Below, in pieces: positions 21,801-35,500 of a DNA stretch of 64,000 bases. The stretch covers positions 7,378,001-7,442,000 of the forward strand of contig OU015569.1 in NCBI GenBank assembly GCA_907165135.1, read 5' to 3'. Below the pieces are notes generated by a model that saw only the letters and a program-made list of their open reading frames with translations, did no database searches and was not told the DNA's origin. The position numbers and the translations under genes were made by a program. This DNA is from Oikopleura dioica. Its lineage: Eukaryota; Animalia; Chordata. How positions within the stretch are numbered: the stretch's first letter is position 1; each line of letters begins with the position of its first letter.

Positions 21801-24800
21801 CGCTTGGCTGGGGCATAATATAATTCTCTGTATTTTATTCTTACGTGTTAACTTTAGGTGGCCAAAGGACAAGATCTTGATGCAGCGAGCTGAACAGGTC
21901 TGCTTCTGTATTCTGCAAGGAGAGTGGCCAACACCTAAATTGCTCAACTCGATGATGAATCTGTCAGCTGTCGGGCAACATGGTGCTGGTAGCTCTGGTG
22001 CAATAGACTCACCTCACCGGACCGAATCGCCCGCCAGCGACTATCGCTCCGCCACCAAAAGTGCCAAAATGCGCGGCCGGCCTCAAGCTCGTACTCCCTA
22101 TCAACCCCAAAACAGTACACTCGATGCCATCAATAGCAGCCAACAGGCGAGGGTCCCTACTATCTCAATAGAACATTTTTTGAAAGACACACATAAAAAT
22201 ATTATAAGTCAGAGATTTAATATATTGCCAGAGTGATTAAAGCTGTTTTCGAAGGTTCATCTAGTTGGAGTTTCAGTGAGTAAGTCTGGTTCTTCTGCAG
22301 ATCTACTCAGATTTGAGTTCATTTGAATTCGACTACAGAATTCAAATAAAATCGCTTCTCGTGGCGTGTTATCCTAATTGATTCTACTTCGTGCATATTT
22401 ATCGTGGTTTGGCTCGCTGATAAGTACTTAATGAAAAAGTAACTTGTGACGTTTGTGGTGGTGTATACGTCGAGAAAATATTTTGGCGTTGGTTGGCTTA
22501 ATGCCAGTATGAGTACGGGGTGGTGTAGTGAACCTAAGACCGCTAAGCCGAATGGATAGTCACATGAATGAATCGGGCGACAAGACGAGCATTATTGATT
22601 GCCCCTATCGAATGTGCCCAGTAACAAATCATTTTTAATTCCCGCGAAAGTAGCTCCTCACTCATTATCCAAAATCACAAGAGAAAGTATTTTATTTGTG
22701 CGGATCCGGGCGCCATCACGTTACACTTTAGTAAGTCTATCCAGTTTGATTATTATCAATTAATTATGTGATGAAAATACGCTGCGCAATGATCATTGAT
22801 ACTCCTGATCGGTCATTAAACGAAAGAGAGTAGATAATTTTAAGGAATTATTTACGAAAGCGAAGCGCTCGTAGGAAGGAACTGTGTGGAGAGATATGTT
22901 ATCTATCAAGCCCCCTTTTGGTTCGGTATTAACTCGCTGGCCTGCAAGTGGCCACTTCCGGCTCTGCTGTCCAAACAACATGTCGAGCCGCTTACTTGCG
23001 AGTGTGGCGGGGTGTTCACACGGCTGTGTTCTCAAAAATGTGGCAACATGTGTAGTAAATCAAGAACGATTATTAAATAATTCAAAACTGGGAAGAACAC
23101 CACGGTTCCGCGCTATTTGCGCCGCTTTCGATAAGCTGCCCGCACACTTGAAGCATCAAATACAAACAATGCCGCCTTTGGGCACTAGGCCCGGCTCCAC
23201 TCTTCGGTCACGACCCATCTCTGGGTAACTAACTAACTTTCCAATCCAATCGATCACTTTTCGCCATTTAAAATATTTTCCACTTTTTGTTCGCAACAAG
23301 AGAAACACAAAACACGCGAAAGGAGCCACAGGCGCCGATTCGCGCCCCAACGATCGAGAAATTAAGAGAAAACGAATAATTACCCCTTCTTTTTTAACAG
23401 AAAGGTAATCATCGCAGAAATTATAAATACAGGATTTCCAATGGCTTTAGAAGATAGTTTTACGTGAATTTTTTCGGGAAGTTAGCTTATTACCATGAGA
23501 TTTTTTTCTAAGGGGAGATCTGAGAATCTGAGAGTCCTTAGCCCTCTGGGACTCTCACTTTAGCCGCGCGCGCATAGCGCGGCTAGCCAATCAGAATACC
23601 GTATTTTTCCGCATTGGGCCGCACTCTAGATTCTATATTCTGAAGTGCCCAACAGGAACTCAAGGAATTTTCTAGACTCCCCCGAGAGGGGAACGGGGAA
23701 GCGAAGCCAGGGGCCTTCTCCCTCTCTAAAAAAATCTCATGGTAGTTTATGGAACTGAATATGATATGATCTTGCTAACTGACGCATTATCTGTTCATTC
23801 GCGGTCAAGTCGAGTACACACATTTAGAAACATTTCAATAAATGTAGGCTTAACCAAATCAAAAGAGAAGAAGTAAAATCAATAGCCACTTATCATTGGT
23901 GATTATATACCCCTTGTCTAACAAATGAACAACTCTTCATGCATAAGACATCTCGATATTACTGTTGCACGGGAGTTGTCGAGTACTTACAAGCGCTTAT
24001 GCTCGCCTGTGATGTGGAAAATGTTATATTGTGTATTAGAAGAGTGGTGGGTCGTGTTTCTCCCTGGAAATTTGTATAATTCCGATCGGCCAATGTATTG
24101 TTTCCTTTAGTGTTTATGACTCCACGGGGTGCCACTTGGCTCGATCGTAAATCGCTCATTGTTCCACTTTCGTCCTTCAGAAGAGCTCGAATAAGAAAAA
24201 TTTGCCCAAGTGGACACCCCATTGCCCTCTTATATCGATTTCGAGAATACTAATCTTAAAATCACGATGGCAAAATATTACTAGTCGTTATTTTTTTCTA
24301 AAAGCGCTCAAAAGAGAATTATTCGCGTCAAGAAAAACAAGCGCAACTTTACAGTGGTGACCCTCTATTATAGTTATTGCAGAAATTGACGGAGCTGCAG
24401 CAAATTGGGCAAGTTTCGAAAGAGGAAGCTGAACAACTTCATCATCTTCTCACTCAGTCGATTATGCTCGGGCTACCTGTCGATGCCCTCATGAGCCAAT
24501 TGACACAGCAGCCGCAGATACCGCCGGAAGCAGCAAAAGCGCCCAAGGTCGACAAAAAGCCCAAAATGGAGCAGAACCTGAACGCAGCTGCCGCTGGAGC
24601 CGCTGCAAAGATGACCGCCGAGCAACAGTCGAAGATAATGGCGCTCGAGAAACAACTTCAGGACCCTGCCATTGCGATGTTACTGAGACAAGGAATGATT
24701 GACCCCGCACAACTGGGACTGGATGCTGAAACCGCGAAACTACTCGGTTTGGCCCCTCCATTAACCAATCCTAAAGCAGCTGCTCTTGACGCAAAGACTC

Positions 24801-27800
24801 TCCTCGGTCAAGCAGGTAATTATCGCATTATTCAAGCACCAAAAATTATCAGCAGCGAAACTATCTTCAACGCTTCTAGCGAAGGAATAATTTGAATTCT
24901 TAGAATTTCACAAACTAGTAGATACCGGTTCGAATGCACGCTCGTTAAAACTTTCTTCTATCAAGGGCATGCCCTCTCTGTACCAAATAATAGCCGAATC
25001 GATTATTTGAGATTAATAAAAGTCTGCGCGTTATTTGAAAAGCGGGCGATGACTGTGGTAAGATGATTTTTTGAAAGGCTGTGAAACCAACCATGTAAAT
25101 ATCAAACTGAGCTCGACCAACAATAATCCGTATTCGTTCAGGCATGACGCCGGAAGTATTGCAGCTGATGCAAATGCAAGGTCTACCGATTCCGGGCATG
25201 GCTGGCCTGGGGGTACCAACCCCGAAAAAATCCGCCAAAAAGCGGCCTGCCCCAACCACTGAGCTAGGCTCTGCCAAAGATCCAGATTCACGCCCAGCTT
25301 CAAGAGCATCGATGGCGTCCGGATCACAGAGAGCATCAACACCGAACGCGGAAGGGAAAAAGAGAAAATCTGATGACAAGGTCGATGTCACTACACTCGG
25401 GCCTAACCAGATCATCCCACTCATTATGGGCGGCGTGAAAATGCCAGAAGGAATTCCGAATAAAGATCTTAAAGGACTACTTGACAGCAATCCGTCCATC
25501 AAGGTAATTGCGCAAATAGGATTATCCCGTTCGCGAGAACTTTGAAAAACTAGCCTCTATTACGTTTAATTAGGTTGACTACGAAGCTCTTGATGCCCTT
25601 TTGGAGAAGCAAAAACCAAAGCCCAAAAAACAGGCACCGACGCCTCAGCCAACGGCAACCGTAACACCTGCACATACGGGAGCAGATCTCGCAGAGCTTG
25701 GACTTACACCTGAGGTCATGGCCCAGCTAATGCAACAAGGGGTCGACCCGTCTAAACTCAACCTCGGTGCGCTTGGGAAGAGCATGGCCAAGCCCAAGGC
25801 GAACGATCCCGCGCATCAACGAGTTCAGCTCATTAATTTGTCGACTTATGTCAAGTTGGATCGGAAAAAGTGTCCGGAACTTTACAATCTCGAGAGCTTT
25901 TTGAAAAAGAATCCCGATTACTTTGTTGCCACAGAGTCAAAAGAATTTGTCATCAAGCACCCTAAGTACTTCCCGCGCACCATGTATCAGCGAATTCAGC
26001 CTGAAATCGATCCACTTGCTCATCTTTCCGCTCTACAGGACCCGAAAATGTTGCAAACACTCATGATGCAAGCTCAAATGGATCCTAAAGCGATGGCGGT
26101 GCTACAAGGACTATCTGCGCCGCAAGCAGCCCATGGAATGCATGGAATGGACCAAAAAATGCTTGCTGCCCTAGGGATGGATAAAAATGCTCTCGCCATG
26201 GCACAACTTGGCGGTCTTGATCCGAATATGCTTAAGGCATTAGGATACGGTGGTGGAGGTGCTGCAGCTATGATGGATCCAAAATTCCTGGCATCAATGG
26301 GACTGGACCCCAAAATGCTCGCCTCTCTTACCGACCCAAAACTTCTTCAGCAGCAGCAACAACAACAACAGCAACAACAGCAACTTGCGATGCTCGGTCT
26401 GCAAGGAATGGACGCTAAAACTATGCAAGCACTTATGGGTGGCTTAGATCCGAAACAACTTGGCCTAGCTGGAATGGACCCGGCGACTCTCATGGCACTT
26501 GGCCTCGGTGGTCTTGGAGGAGGTGCTGCTGATCTCGCGAATCTTCAAAAGCAACAGCAAGAACAGCAGCTTAAAGCCATGCAACAGCTTATGGGTGTCG
26601 GAGGATTAGATCAAAAGCAGCTTGCCGCAATGGGGCTTGGCTCACTAACTGGTGCGCCAGCCGTTGCATCTCCCCAAGCACCGAGATCTTCTACCAGTAC
26701 TCCGAAGCCTTCAACTCCGAAACCGGACGAGCGAAGCACACCCAAACCGACAGACACGGCATCGAACGCTGGCGAGTCTGAGAAAGGTGATGCGAAGGCA
26801 CCGCCTTCGAGTACCTCCCCCGTGAACGGAGCCGATGACGATAAAAAGTCAGTGAAATCAGACAAATCGAAATCAGACAAGAAAGAAGACAAAAACGCTT
26901 CCGATGGATCAAAACCATCTAGCCCTAAACCGGAATCTGCAAAATCCGTCACGCCTCGACCCCCTTCGACTCCTAAATCTTCTCAAATGGATAAAGCTAT
27001 GCAAAATACTCTCAAATCATTAGCATCTGTAGATCCTAAAGCGCTTGCAGCAAAAGGAATTGATCCATCTATGCTCAAGCAACTGGGTATTATTGGCGAC
27101 CAGAAGCCTGCAGCCTCGCCGGTCGCATCTACCGCTTCAAAAGTTGCTGGTCTTGAAGGAATGGACATGGAAACGCTGAAAGCAATCGCTGCCGGTGATC
27201 CACAAGCAATGAATCGCTTACTCCAGCAGGGACAACTAGGTGGACTAGGTGCAGCCGGCCTTGGCGGAGCAAACCCATTGGCAGCCCTGGGAGGACTAGA
27301 TCCGCGAATGCTTGGGCTCGATGAACGATCATTGATGGCCCTCTCTGGTGGAGCAGGCACAGCAAACATACTCGGAGGTCTCGATCCAAAACTTGCAGCA
27401 TCAATGGGACTGGATCCGAACTTGATGAAAGCCCTTGGCATGGACGCTAACAGCATGAAAGCTCTCCAGCAGCAAGAGCTGATGAAGCAACAGCAAATGC
27501 AAATGGCTATGCTCGGAATGGGTGCTGGTGCCGGTGGCATGGATCCAAAGGTGCTTCAAATGCTCGGAGGGCTGGATCCAGCTACTGCCCAAGCGCTCAT
27601 GCTTCAACAGCAAATGGGTAAGAAAATATAAATCACATATTTTTTAAGAATATATTATATTATATAATGAGCGCGTAAAAAAGTTCTTCGGAACATTGGG
27701 CTCCCCGAAAATGTTAGTATAACAATTATTTAAGGTGCAGCTGGAGGCATGGAACAAGCGCTTATGCAACAACTCCTCGCAGGTTCTATGGGTCAGGCGA

Positions 27801-28082
27801 AAACAAAATCCTCTACCCCTAAAAAGACTTCCCTTCCGTACTCTCTGCCCAGCTCTCTCCCAACGTCTCTACCAACTTCTGTTCCTTCAAGCATGAGCAT
27901 GGAACTGCTCAAGCAACAGGATCAACAATTAAGAGCACTCGTTAGTGGTCAACTTCAGCCAGATCAGCTCACTCCAGAACTATCTTTATTAGCTGCACAG
28001 GTAAAGCCATTATGATTGCTTACAATGTACAAACATCTTATTTTAGCTTGGACTACAGGTGCCCTCCTCAAAGAGGAATTAA
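15816..28082 (+). CDS. CHD7: Chromodomain-helicase-DNA-binding protein, CHD6-9/kismet subfamily
   Basis: Two chromodomains ([15 protein letters not shown]; [16 protein letters not shown]). SNF2 ATPase ([30 protein letters not shown]) and helicase-C ([21 protein letters not shown]). CHD7-type [34 protein letters not shown] and WPKDKIL motifs. Two BRK-like segments. Last exon stop TAA at 28080-28082. The exact paralog (CHD6/7/8/9) cannot be resolved by eye. Confidence 0.92.
17696..17720. promoter_or_regulatory. TCACG/CGTGA cluster 7 (3 copies in 25 bp) in a CHD intron
   Basis: Pentamer at 17696, 17708, 17716. Confidence 0.4.
23491..23744. mobile_element. TA-flanked MITE (about 250 bp) in the long CHD intron
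   Basis: TACCATGAGATTTTTTT at the left end is an inverted match to AAAAAAATCTCATGGTA at the right end. Confidence 0.75.
26348..26383 (+). repeat. CAG/CAA trinucleotide repeat encoding 12 Gln in the CHD C-terminus
   Basis: [17 protein letters not shown] in ORF 25601-27631. Confidence 0.9.
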
Positions 28083-29484
28083 GGCTTTCTGTATTTTCCT
28101 GTCGTTGCGATAGTTACCTCAGAATTCGATGTACATGTAAAGTACCATTCATACGCGTTCCTTCTTATTGCTGCTAAAAACATGCACCAGCAAAATATCT
28201 TTACTATACAAAACGTAATAATAAAACTGGAACCACACTGCTTCAGAACTTTCGAAAATGAAACTGATTCTTCTTTCGTCTTATTTTTCACCCGCCCGTG
28301 ACGACCCTACTGTTTATCTAGGTTGAAATATTTTATTTTACTGCCACTCTAGCTTCTATTCTCGCTACAGTAACAACACATTTCCGCTTCCGTTCAACCG
28401 TACAGTCAGAAAATTCTATAAAAACTACAACTTTTCCGCTGTAAATAGATAGTAATAATAAATATCATCACACATTGATATGATCATATTTTTATTCTTA
28501 TTTGGGAGACATGGATCGTTTATTCAGCACAATTCAAGCATATCAGCATTCAAATGTCAGGTGCAATAGTCGTTCGGTTAAGTGGAATAAACATGCCTCT
28601 AAAGAAATAGCAGTTCCTTTTGGTCAGGTAATCAACAACGACCAGCAGCTCAAGAAATAATGCCAAGCCTCTCTGATTCTGTCTTTTTGGGAGAGCAATA
28701 GTTGCATCTGAGAATCAAGACTGCAGCTATATCAAACATACGATGCATGAACTGCTTGATAAACTTATAAAATGAATGTAGCTTAAAATCATGAAAGAAC
28801 TTCTGCAATGAAAGTATAACGAGATTGTGAAGTGCGATTAGCTGACCGCAAGGAAATACTATATTTGCTGGAGATGAGAAAAGTGAGGTCTATTTAGCGA
28901 GTTTCCTTATTCTCAAAAGTTTATGGCTATTCTTAATAATTCGTATTCCTAATGTCCACACAGAGGTTATGTGCCTTTGCGACGCTTGCGAATGAGCGAG
29001 TTCGAATGTCGTGTTACTGCAAATAACAATGAACATGAAAACAAGCGACAACATTCACGATGTATCTCGCGATTCCTCGATGATTTGTATTCAATAAATA
29101 TTAACAGCCTTGACTGCGGGAGGGTGTCGTGGAGAAAGAAAAAAAAACTATCCGGGCCATAATACTAGAATAAGGAAAAAGTGCAAGACCAGGATTAACA
29201 GTAACATTAAAACAAATGTTAGGAAGGGTCAAAGCTCAGCTGTTTTCCTGCTGTCTATGATTTCTTCGATGTACAAGGTTAAGGGAAAAGTCTTACTTAA
29301 TAATTAATGCTTAAATATCCGCAAGATAACAATAACATCAGAGATATACTAAGAGATTAAAAATGTTTATGGGAAAGGAGGAGAAGAGAGGAAGAAATTT
29401 TGTACGATCAATGATAAATACGAAGGATTTTACGGTTTCTGTGCGGGTTTTCGATAAAATATTGAATAGCATGGAACGAATTTA

Positions 29485-31503
29485 TTAGGATTCTGCTCGA
29501 ATGACTTCGTTCTTGATGCCAGGATTCATAGGAACAGCAGCCGGGTTACCATTGCCGCCATTGACAGTTTCTGAGTGTTTAGCGCGCATATGAGCGTGGC
29601 CTTCCGCAAGTCGTTGCTCCACCATTCGTTGCTTCTCGACTGCCGCTGCTTGCGAGGCTTGGTTGAAGCTTTGGTTCTTGAACTTTTCAAACGTTTCCTA
29701 GATGAATGTCACCACAGTTAATTATACTATCTGGATTTCATCCGAAGCATATGATCACACTTCCCGATGCGAAATGAATGACTTACATTGTAACTAACAG
29801 TCGGGATTCCTAACCAGACTGCACTTCTTCTCATAATCAAGTCAGAGAGCTTTCTTGCTCGGTGGTAAGACGGCGGTAAAATTTGTATTCCAGAGGATGC
29901 ACCTTCAGGAGCATCGCTGCTGCATCGAAGCACAACTCTTTTTCCATTCCTAGGCGTCCCTCTATGTATGGACCACGGTCCTAAACAAATGAAGAAGCTT
30001 ACGATCGAGCAGAGCATACCTGTAACGGCCGACTCTTCGCAGAGTTCGACAGAGAATGCTCGGAAGTAGCAGCCTGTGCTCACTTGTTGAGCCATCGCGC
30101 TCTTTATCGCATCACCGTACAAATGAATCGGGCAAGTTCTCAGGAATGGTCTCCATGTATGGGGTTGAATTGCACTTCTTCCCCAGCAAACAGCTTCTTC
30201 TTTCTTCTAAAAAATCTCAAGTTGAAACTATGAAAACATAAAAAAGGTTAATCATCGCTTAAATTAACCCGCTTCGTGCCGAATCTTCCCACCCAATATT
30301 GTTTTTATCAATTTGAATGAAGTTAATTAGTTTAAGTGTTGATTGAAGGGGTTTTGTACCATGAAAAAAGAAGTCATATTCACTTTTTCATTCGGTCGTC
30401 GTTCCAGCAAGGCGTTCTCGGAAGATCGTTCAGACCCATCCCAGATATCGATAATCAAGCATGATATGCCATCGGGGTCGCTTAGACTTGTATTCACTTT
30501 CTAGCGTAAGCATTGTCAGAAAGGTAAATGAAGCACACAAACCTGAATCGCTCTCACACGTGTCACCATTCCTTCTAGGTTCACACAAGAGGGTTGGTTT
30601 TTGAGGAATCGCCCAATGTCCTGCGCGTCGCGAGTTGGGAGGACAATCGCTTTCTTTGACTCTGGTATTCCATTACTTCTGATGACTGGTGGCGGGTCTT
30701 CCTTTGCGGCAAATGTGACGAGATTATCTAGAGTTTGAAGCAAAGCGGAAATGTACAGCCGTTGTTCGAATTTGTTGTCCGGAATCCACTAAATTCGACA
30801 TTTGCAATTGAAAATCAAATGTTCATTTACCTTGAGTTCAGGAGCATTTTTTGGTAGTACGGAGCCAGGTGCAGGCCTGGGATCTTTTGCGACCGCACCC
30901 TTGGGGATCACGACTTCGATGGGTTCAACTAGCTTATTCGAGTCACTAATATTTTATGAAATGCTAGCAAAACTGTTCCTAACATGCGTTCGTCCATTTG
31001 ATCTTCTGAGATCATCCCGCTATGGCTTCAAGATGGTTCTTTATCTATTTTTGGGTGTTTGGTGTTACGATAGTTTGATAGAGAATATAGAACCGTGACT
31101 GCCGGTAAGATGGACGGGGTATGCTACAAGTATTTCGCCGGGTTCTGCTCTAGGCAGTCGGTGGATTGAGTCCACTGTTGCCCAGACAGTCAATTCAAAG
31201 CCCCAGCGGGGACAAGCGTCGCCAGCCCGCGCCGAAGAAATGGTGGGATCTTGAATCCACAGCGTCGTGTTCCATTTCCCCTTAATTAACTTTTAGTAGC
31301 GCTTTAACAGGGGTAAGCACCTTTAGCTCGCCCTTGACTGGTCGGGGAGCTTGGATTTTGACGACCATGCCGACAATGGATAGCTCTCTCAAAGTCCCAT
31401 GCATTCCATTGGCGTTCCAGATCTGCGCTGCTTCTGCCAAAGATACTGGCACAGCTCCTGGAGGAGGAACCCGCGATAGAATCGAGTCACAATCGATCAC
31501 CAT
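29485..31503 (-). CDS. POT1: POT1-like telomeric ssDNA-binding protein (OB1+OB2), about 10 exons
   Basis: OB1-like: LSIVGMVVKIQAPRPVKG, TTLWIQDPT, FELTVWATVDSIHRLPRAEPGEILV (human POT1: [50 protein letters not shown]). OB2-like: IIDIWDGS, TCPIHLYGDAIKSAMAQQVSTGCYFRAFSV, GIQILPPSYHRARKLSDL (human: [55 protein letters not shown]). Comparisons are from memory; one exon junction near 30200-30370 is unresolved. Confidence 0.78.
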
Positions 31504-32530
31504 GTCCGCAGAAACGGAGGATCAGTATCAAATAAAACGCGCCTCTGAATTCGTGGTTTTAATAATCACTTCCTCGAATAAGATAATTTACTTAAAAGTT
31601 AATAGGGCCCTTTGGTAAGGAGGATTCATGAAAAATAGCATGGAGATATCTTAGGTACTGGAAATATAATCATTATCGGAACTTTGTATTCTTGGAATAT
31701 TAGAACAATGTAGATAATTAAATAAGCAGTTTGCATATCTCATTTAAACAGATTTGATGAAAACGTATTCAAAATGGCGAGAAGGGAATAAAAAATAGAC
31801 TTTCATACAACAGGTATGAAATGGTGATTGTTAGGATCAAATAGAAATCCTAGATAATAGAAATCATTAGTATGGCCTGCTTAAAAACAGAAAAATTTTA
31901 AATTGAGCGAAATAATTCGGTAATTCTTGTCAGACAAAACGCTTCTGAGTTAAAAGTAAATACAGTCAGGTAAAGTTAACCAAAAAACGCAGGCTCAGAA
32001 ATTCGAGTAAAGGTATGAGTTGACGTTAATTTAGGCTCATTCATTTTAAGGCGTAAAAATACAATTGAAGATTTTTGGAGGTTTTCAATTAGGCAACCGT
32101 TTTTTTGCAAAAAGTGAGACCCTGCTTTAGCGTTGAAACTGTGTGAACATTTGTAGAGAATTCGTCTCTTTGGAATAGTCTAAAACGCGGCATGCCGGCA
32201 TTATTCTTATCACTTTAATAAAGATATTCCTCGCCCATGTGAAAGTGGGGGAAAGACACGTCACTTGAGAATATAAAGACATGTAATATTAACATAATAT
32301 CAAATATATTTATTAACGTGAAGATGGTATCGCATCAGATTGTACAGAGTCGTATGCTGTACGAGTTTGTGTCAAAGGGCAGGGCAACAAGCGCAAAACG
32401 GAGTAACGCGTCGATAGCTTGGTTCTTTTCGTATGGGGAAAGAGATAGAAGCAGCATATAATAGCATAGAGTTATTGGCGTGATCTCCATCAGAATTGGA
32501 AACAGAGTGTCGCTGAGGAAGTGGAGATGC

Positions 32531-35500
32531 CTACTTAGGCGGCTGGCCTCCTTGACTTTGCGTACAGTGCTCCATGTGGACAGGCCAATGACCCTGCTGG
32601 CACGGATAGTCGCAGTAAGCCGTGTTCCAGCAGCAGTAGAATACAGCTTCCTTGCCACACTGAGCGCACCACTGCTTCGATTTCGTAGCCACTAAACAAT
32701 CCCATAATAGTTTCAAAAGCTTGCCAAGAACTTACGAATGGCCTCTTCTTGCTCCTTCCGCAGTTTCGCTTCGAGACGTTCTATCTCAAGGTTCTTCTCA
32801 TTTTCCATACTCTGTCGGATTTCGGCTATAGTGAGTTCATTGTTATGTCTCATATCTGCCAGCTCCATCTCGTGCTGCCATTTCAGGCGGTCAACTTCCA
32901 GCCGAAGTGCTTCCGCTTGCCCCCCGCCTTCTAAACTTGACAGCATTTCACCGTACATTTGTTTGATAATGTGCTCAAAGTGGCCCATTATACGATCTTG
33001 ATATTGACCCATGGAGACATTGGGCGGTAAACCAGATACTGGCAGTGTATTTAACGAAGGGGAGAGGTCGCGAGGAATCGTGCTTGATAGCGCTTTTAGT
33101 CCCTGTATTTCCGATAAAATACTGGCCGAGCCCAAGCGCGAGTTTTCTTTGGCTGCGCCTTTGGACTTTTCCTTTCCGTTTTTAGGGGTATTGTTGGGTG
33201 GCTCAAGCACCTTCGGCTCTGGCGTAGAGCGAGGAGGTGGCCTTTCCCGACCTCGCTTGATGGCTTCTTTACGCTCTTTCTCTTGACGGTGATATGCGTT
33301 TTTACCCTCTGGTGGAGGAGGAGGCGGCGCCGATTTCTCTGATATTGGAGACTCTGTCCGTAGCTTCGACTTTTGCTGCTGCGCCGTCGTCTCGGCTGGG
33401 CTGTCAGAGCGAAGGCGCTTGGGAGCACGGGCCGGCTCACTCTTCGGCTTGCGTTTCTTCACGTCCTCTTTCGACGCCTCGTCAGAGATAATCAACTTAT
33501 TACCATCATCAGAGTCATCATCTGAGGGGAAATCGAAGGCTCCGTTCGCCGAGTCATCTGAGTCAGCTGACTTTTGCTTGTCGGACTGCTAAGGTTTCGC
33601 ATTTACTCACTTAATAAAAAAATAACCAAATTGTTGCTAGAAACGTTCCTTGGGATTGATAATCGTCGAGACACCCTTGATAAGGGTTTTTATCTTATCG
33701 TTAGCTCGTGGTTCTTTCCGCAAGGGAGGTATTTTGGCAAGCACATTTCCCGGCACTGCTTCAAAAAGATTTTTCACATCGAAATGTTTTTCGGGATCGA
33801 AAGGGGTCTTCGGTGGAAATCGTTTTAATTTGCCATATTTTCGCTCAAGGTTTGCAATGTATTGTTTTAGTTCTCTGATGGCTTCTTCGAACTCTTTCTT
33901 TTGTTTGTTTGCCTAACATAAAAGGTAAGATAGGGTCCCCCGTGTGTTGTTAATAGGGACATGGCCTAATGATACAGTACCTTGGGACAACCAGGGCGAG
34001 TGTACGGGTCTTCGGAAGTGTGCATCGTCACGTGCGTCACCGAGAGCCAAGCCTTGTCGTGTTGACCGAAAAAGCGGATGTCCACGTGATGACTAAATGT
34101 TCTTTAAGATTGTGTTTTGGACAGAACATTCAAAAGCGTAATTCACCAAGCAGAGACAGCTTGAACATTCTTGCTGTCTCTTTCTAGCAACCATTTCGAC
34201 AATTAAGCAGATTTCATAAAATGCGAATATAGGCTCGAAGCTAACTCATTTGATTACAAATGTAGATTCGAAAGGAAGTTTTCGCAATGGACATATGTAA
34301 TCAACCAGTCTCCCGTTTTATAGATGCTAAGTTTCAAGTATGCAATCATTTTTCTTGTTTCTGATGATAAAAAGCAGCTGTAACTGTACTAGTCTCGCTA
34401 GCTGATTGAGTTGATTTAATATGCATTTACGAGAAACAAGAAAAACTTGTAAATATGTCCACTGTACTTACCGAGAGGTTTTAGAGTCACCACTCCCTTT
34501 ACTGAAAACGGTGTTAGTCGACGTGAATACAGCAAACTAACCTCTGTGAACCCAACCTTTGGCAGCACATGACCTTCGCCGGCCAAACAGGATAGCCAGA
34601 GAGTTTTCCCCAGACGATCGGGTGAACCTTGTCGCACACTTGCACAAACCAATCCACAGGCTTCGTCAGAGGCCCAAGATAGCATGATGGGCAGTTTTCG
34701 ATTTCCTGAATCAGATTGATAATTCCTATTAAAAACTGGGGAAGAATACTTGGCACTCTGTCTCCGCGATACGAATGATTTTGTTCGCAGTTGTTGAAAA
34801 GTCGTTCTTCGCTCCGTTGAAAATGATGCAATTATGTTTGATCCATTTCAAGTCGGCCAAAAACGCGTCAGTTGATCCGTACTTCTTCTCTTTGATGTTC
34901 GCTTCTATCTGGGACATGTCCATAGGATGGAAAATGTAGTCTAGATAGTTTGGATTCGCCTGCGTGTCAACAGGTTGCATGAAGATCTCGATTCCTAACG
35001 AAAAAGTAACTCAAGAGTCACACTCGAAAGGAAATACCTGGCGGACGAATTTTACTAAGGCAGTTTCGAAGCATTATGCTTAAATTATGAAGCGAGACAT
35101 TCTTCATGCTCTCGACCCTAGTTTCAAGATTTTCAGCTTCTTCTATTCGGGTACATTCGGGGCAGAAAAAACGCTTGAGAAAAAACAATAATAACGCATC
35201 CATGAGCTGATTCAAAATACCTCTGAAGCTTGTATCTTCTTTTGAACTTTCGGAAGGCATTTTTCGTGATATACACGAGGACAAACGTCGCAGCAAACAA
35301 CTTTGCCCTCGAGATGGCAAGACCAGCAGTAAAAATCGTTGCTTCCATCCTAAAATAACATCTTACTTGATTGAAAGTTGAATACGAAGTCATACCGCAC
35401 TTGGATGAAGATCAAGAGCAGTGGCGTTCAGTTCCGTTGGGGAAGGGCTCTCTTTCTTTGTGACCGAGCTCCTCCGTTCCTGCAAAGATGTGACCTTCGT

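Noticed and set aside
22768-22808. C/D-box snoRNA candidate (GTGATGA...CTGA) in the CHD intron
   Set aside because: Only 41 nt between box ends, too short, with no terminal stem.
28500-29400. Coding-looking fragments between the CHD and POT1 3' ends
   Set aside because: All frames are interrupted by stops within about 50-65 codons and show no recognisable motif; could be UTR or decayed sequence.
29485-31503. Telomeric TTAGGG arrays near the POT1-like gene
   Set aside because: None seen; the locus is not evidently subtelomeric.
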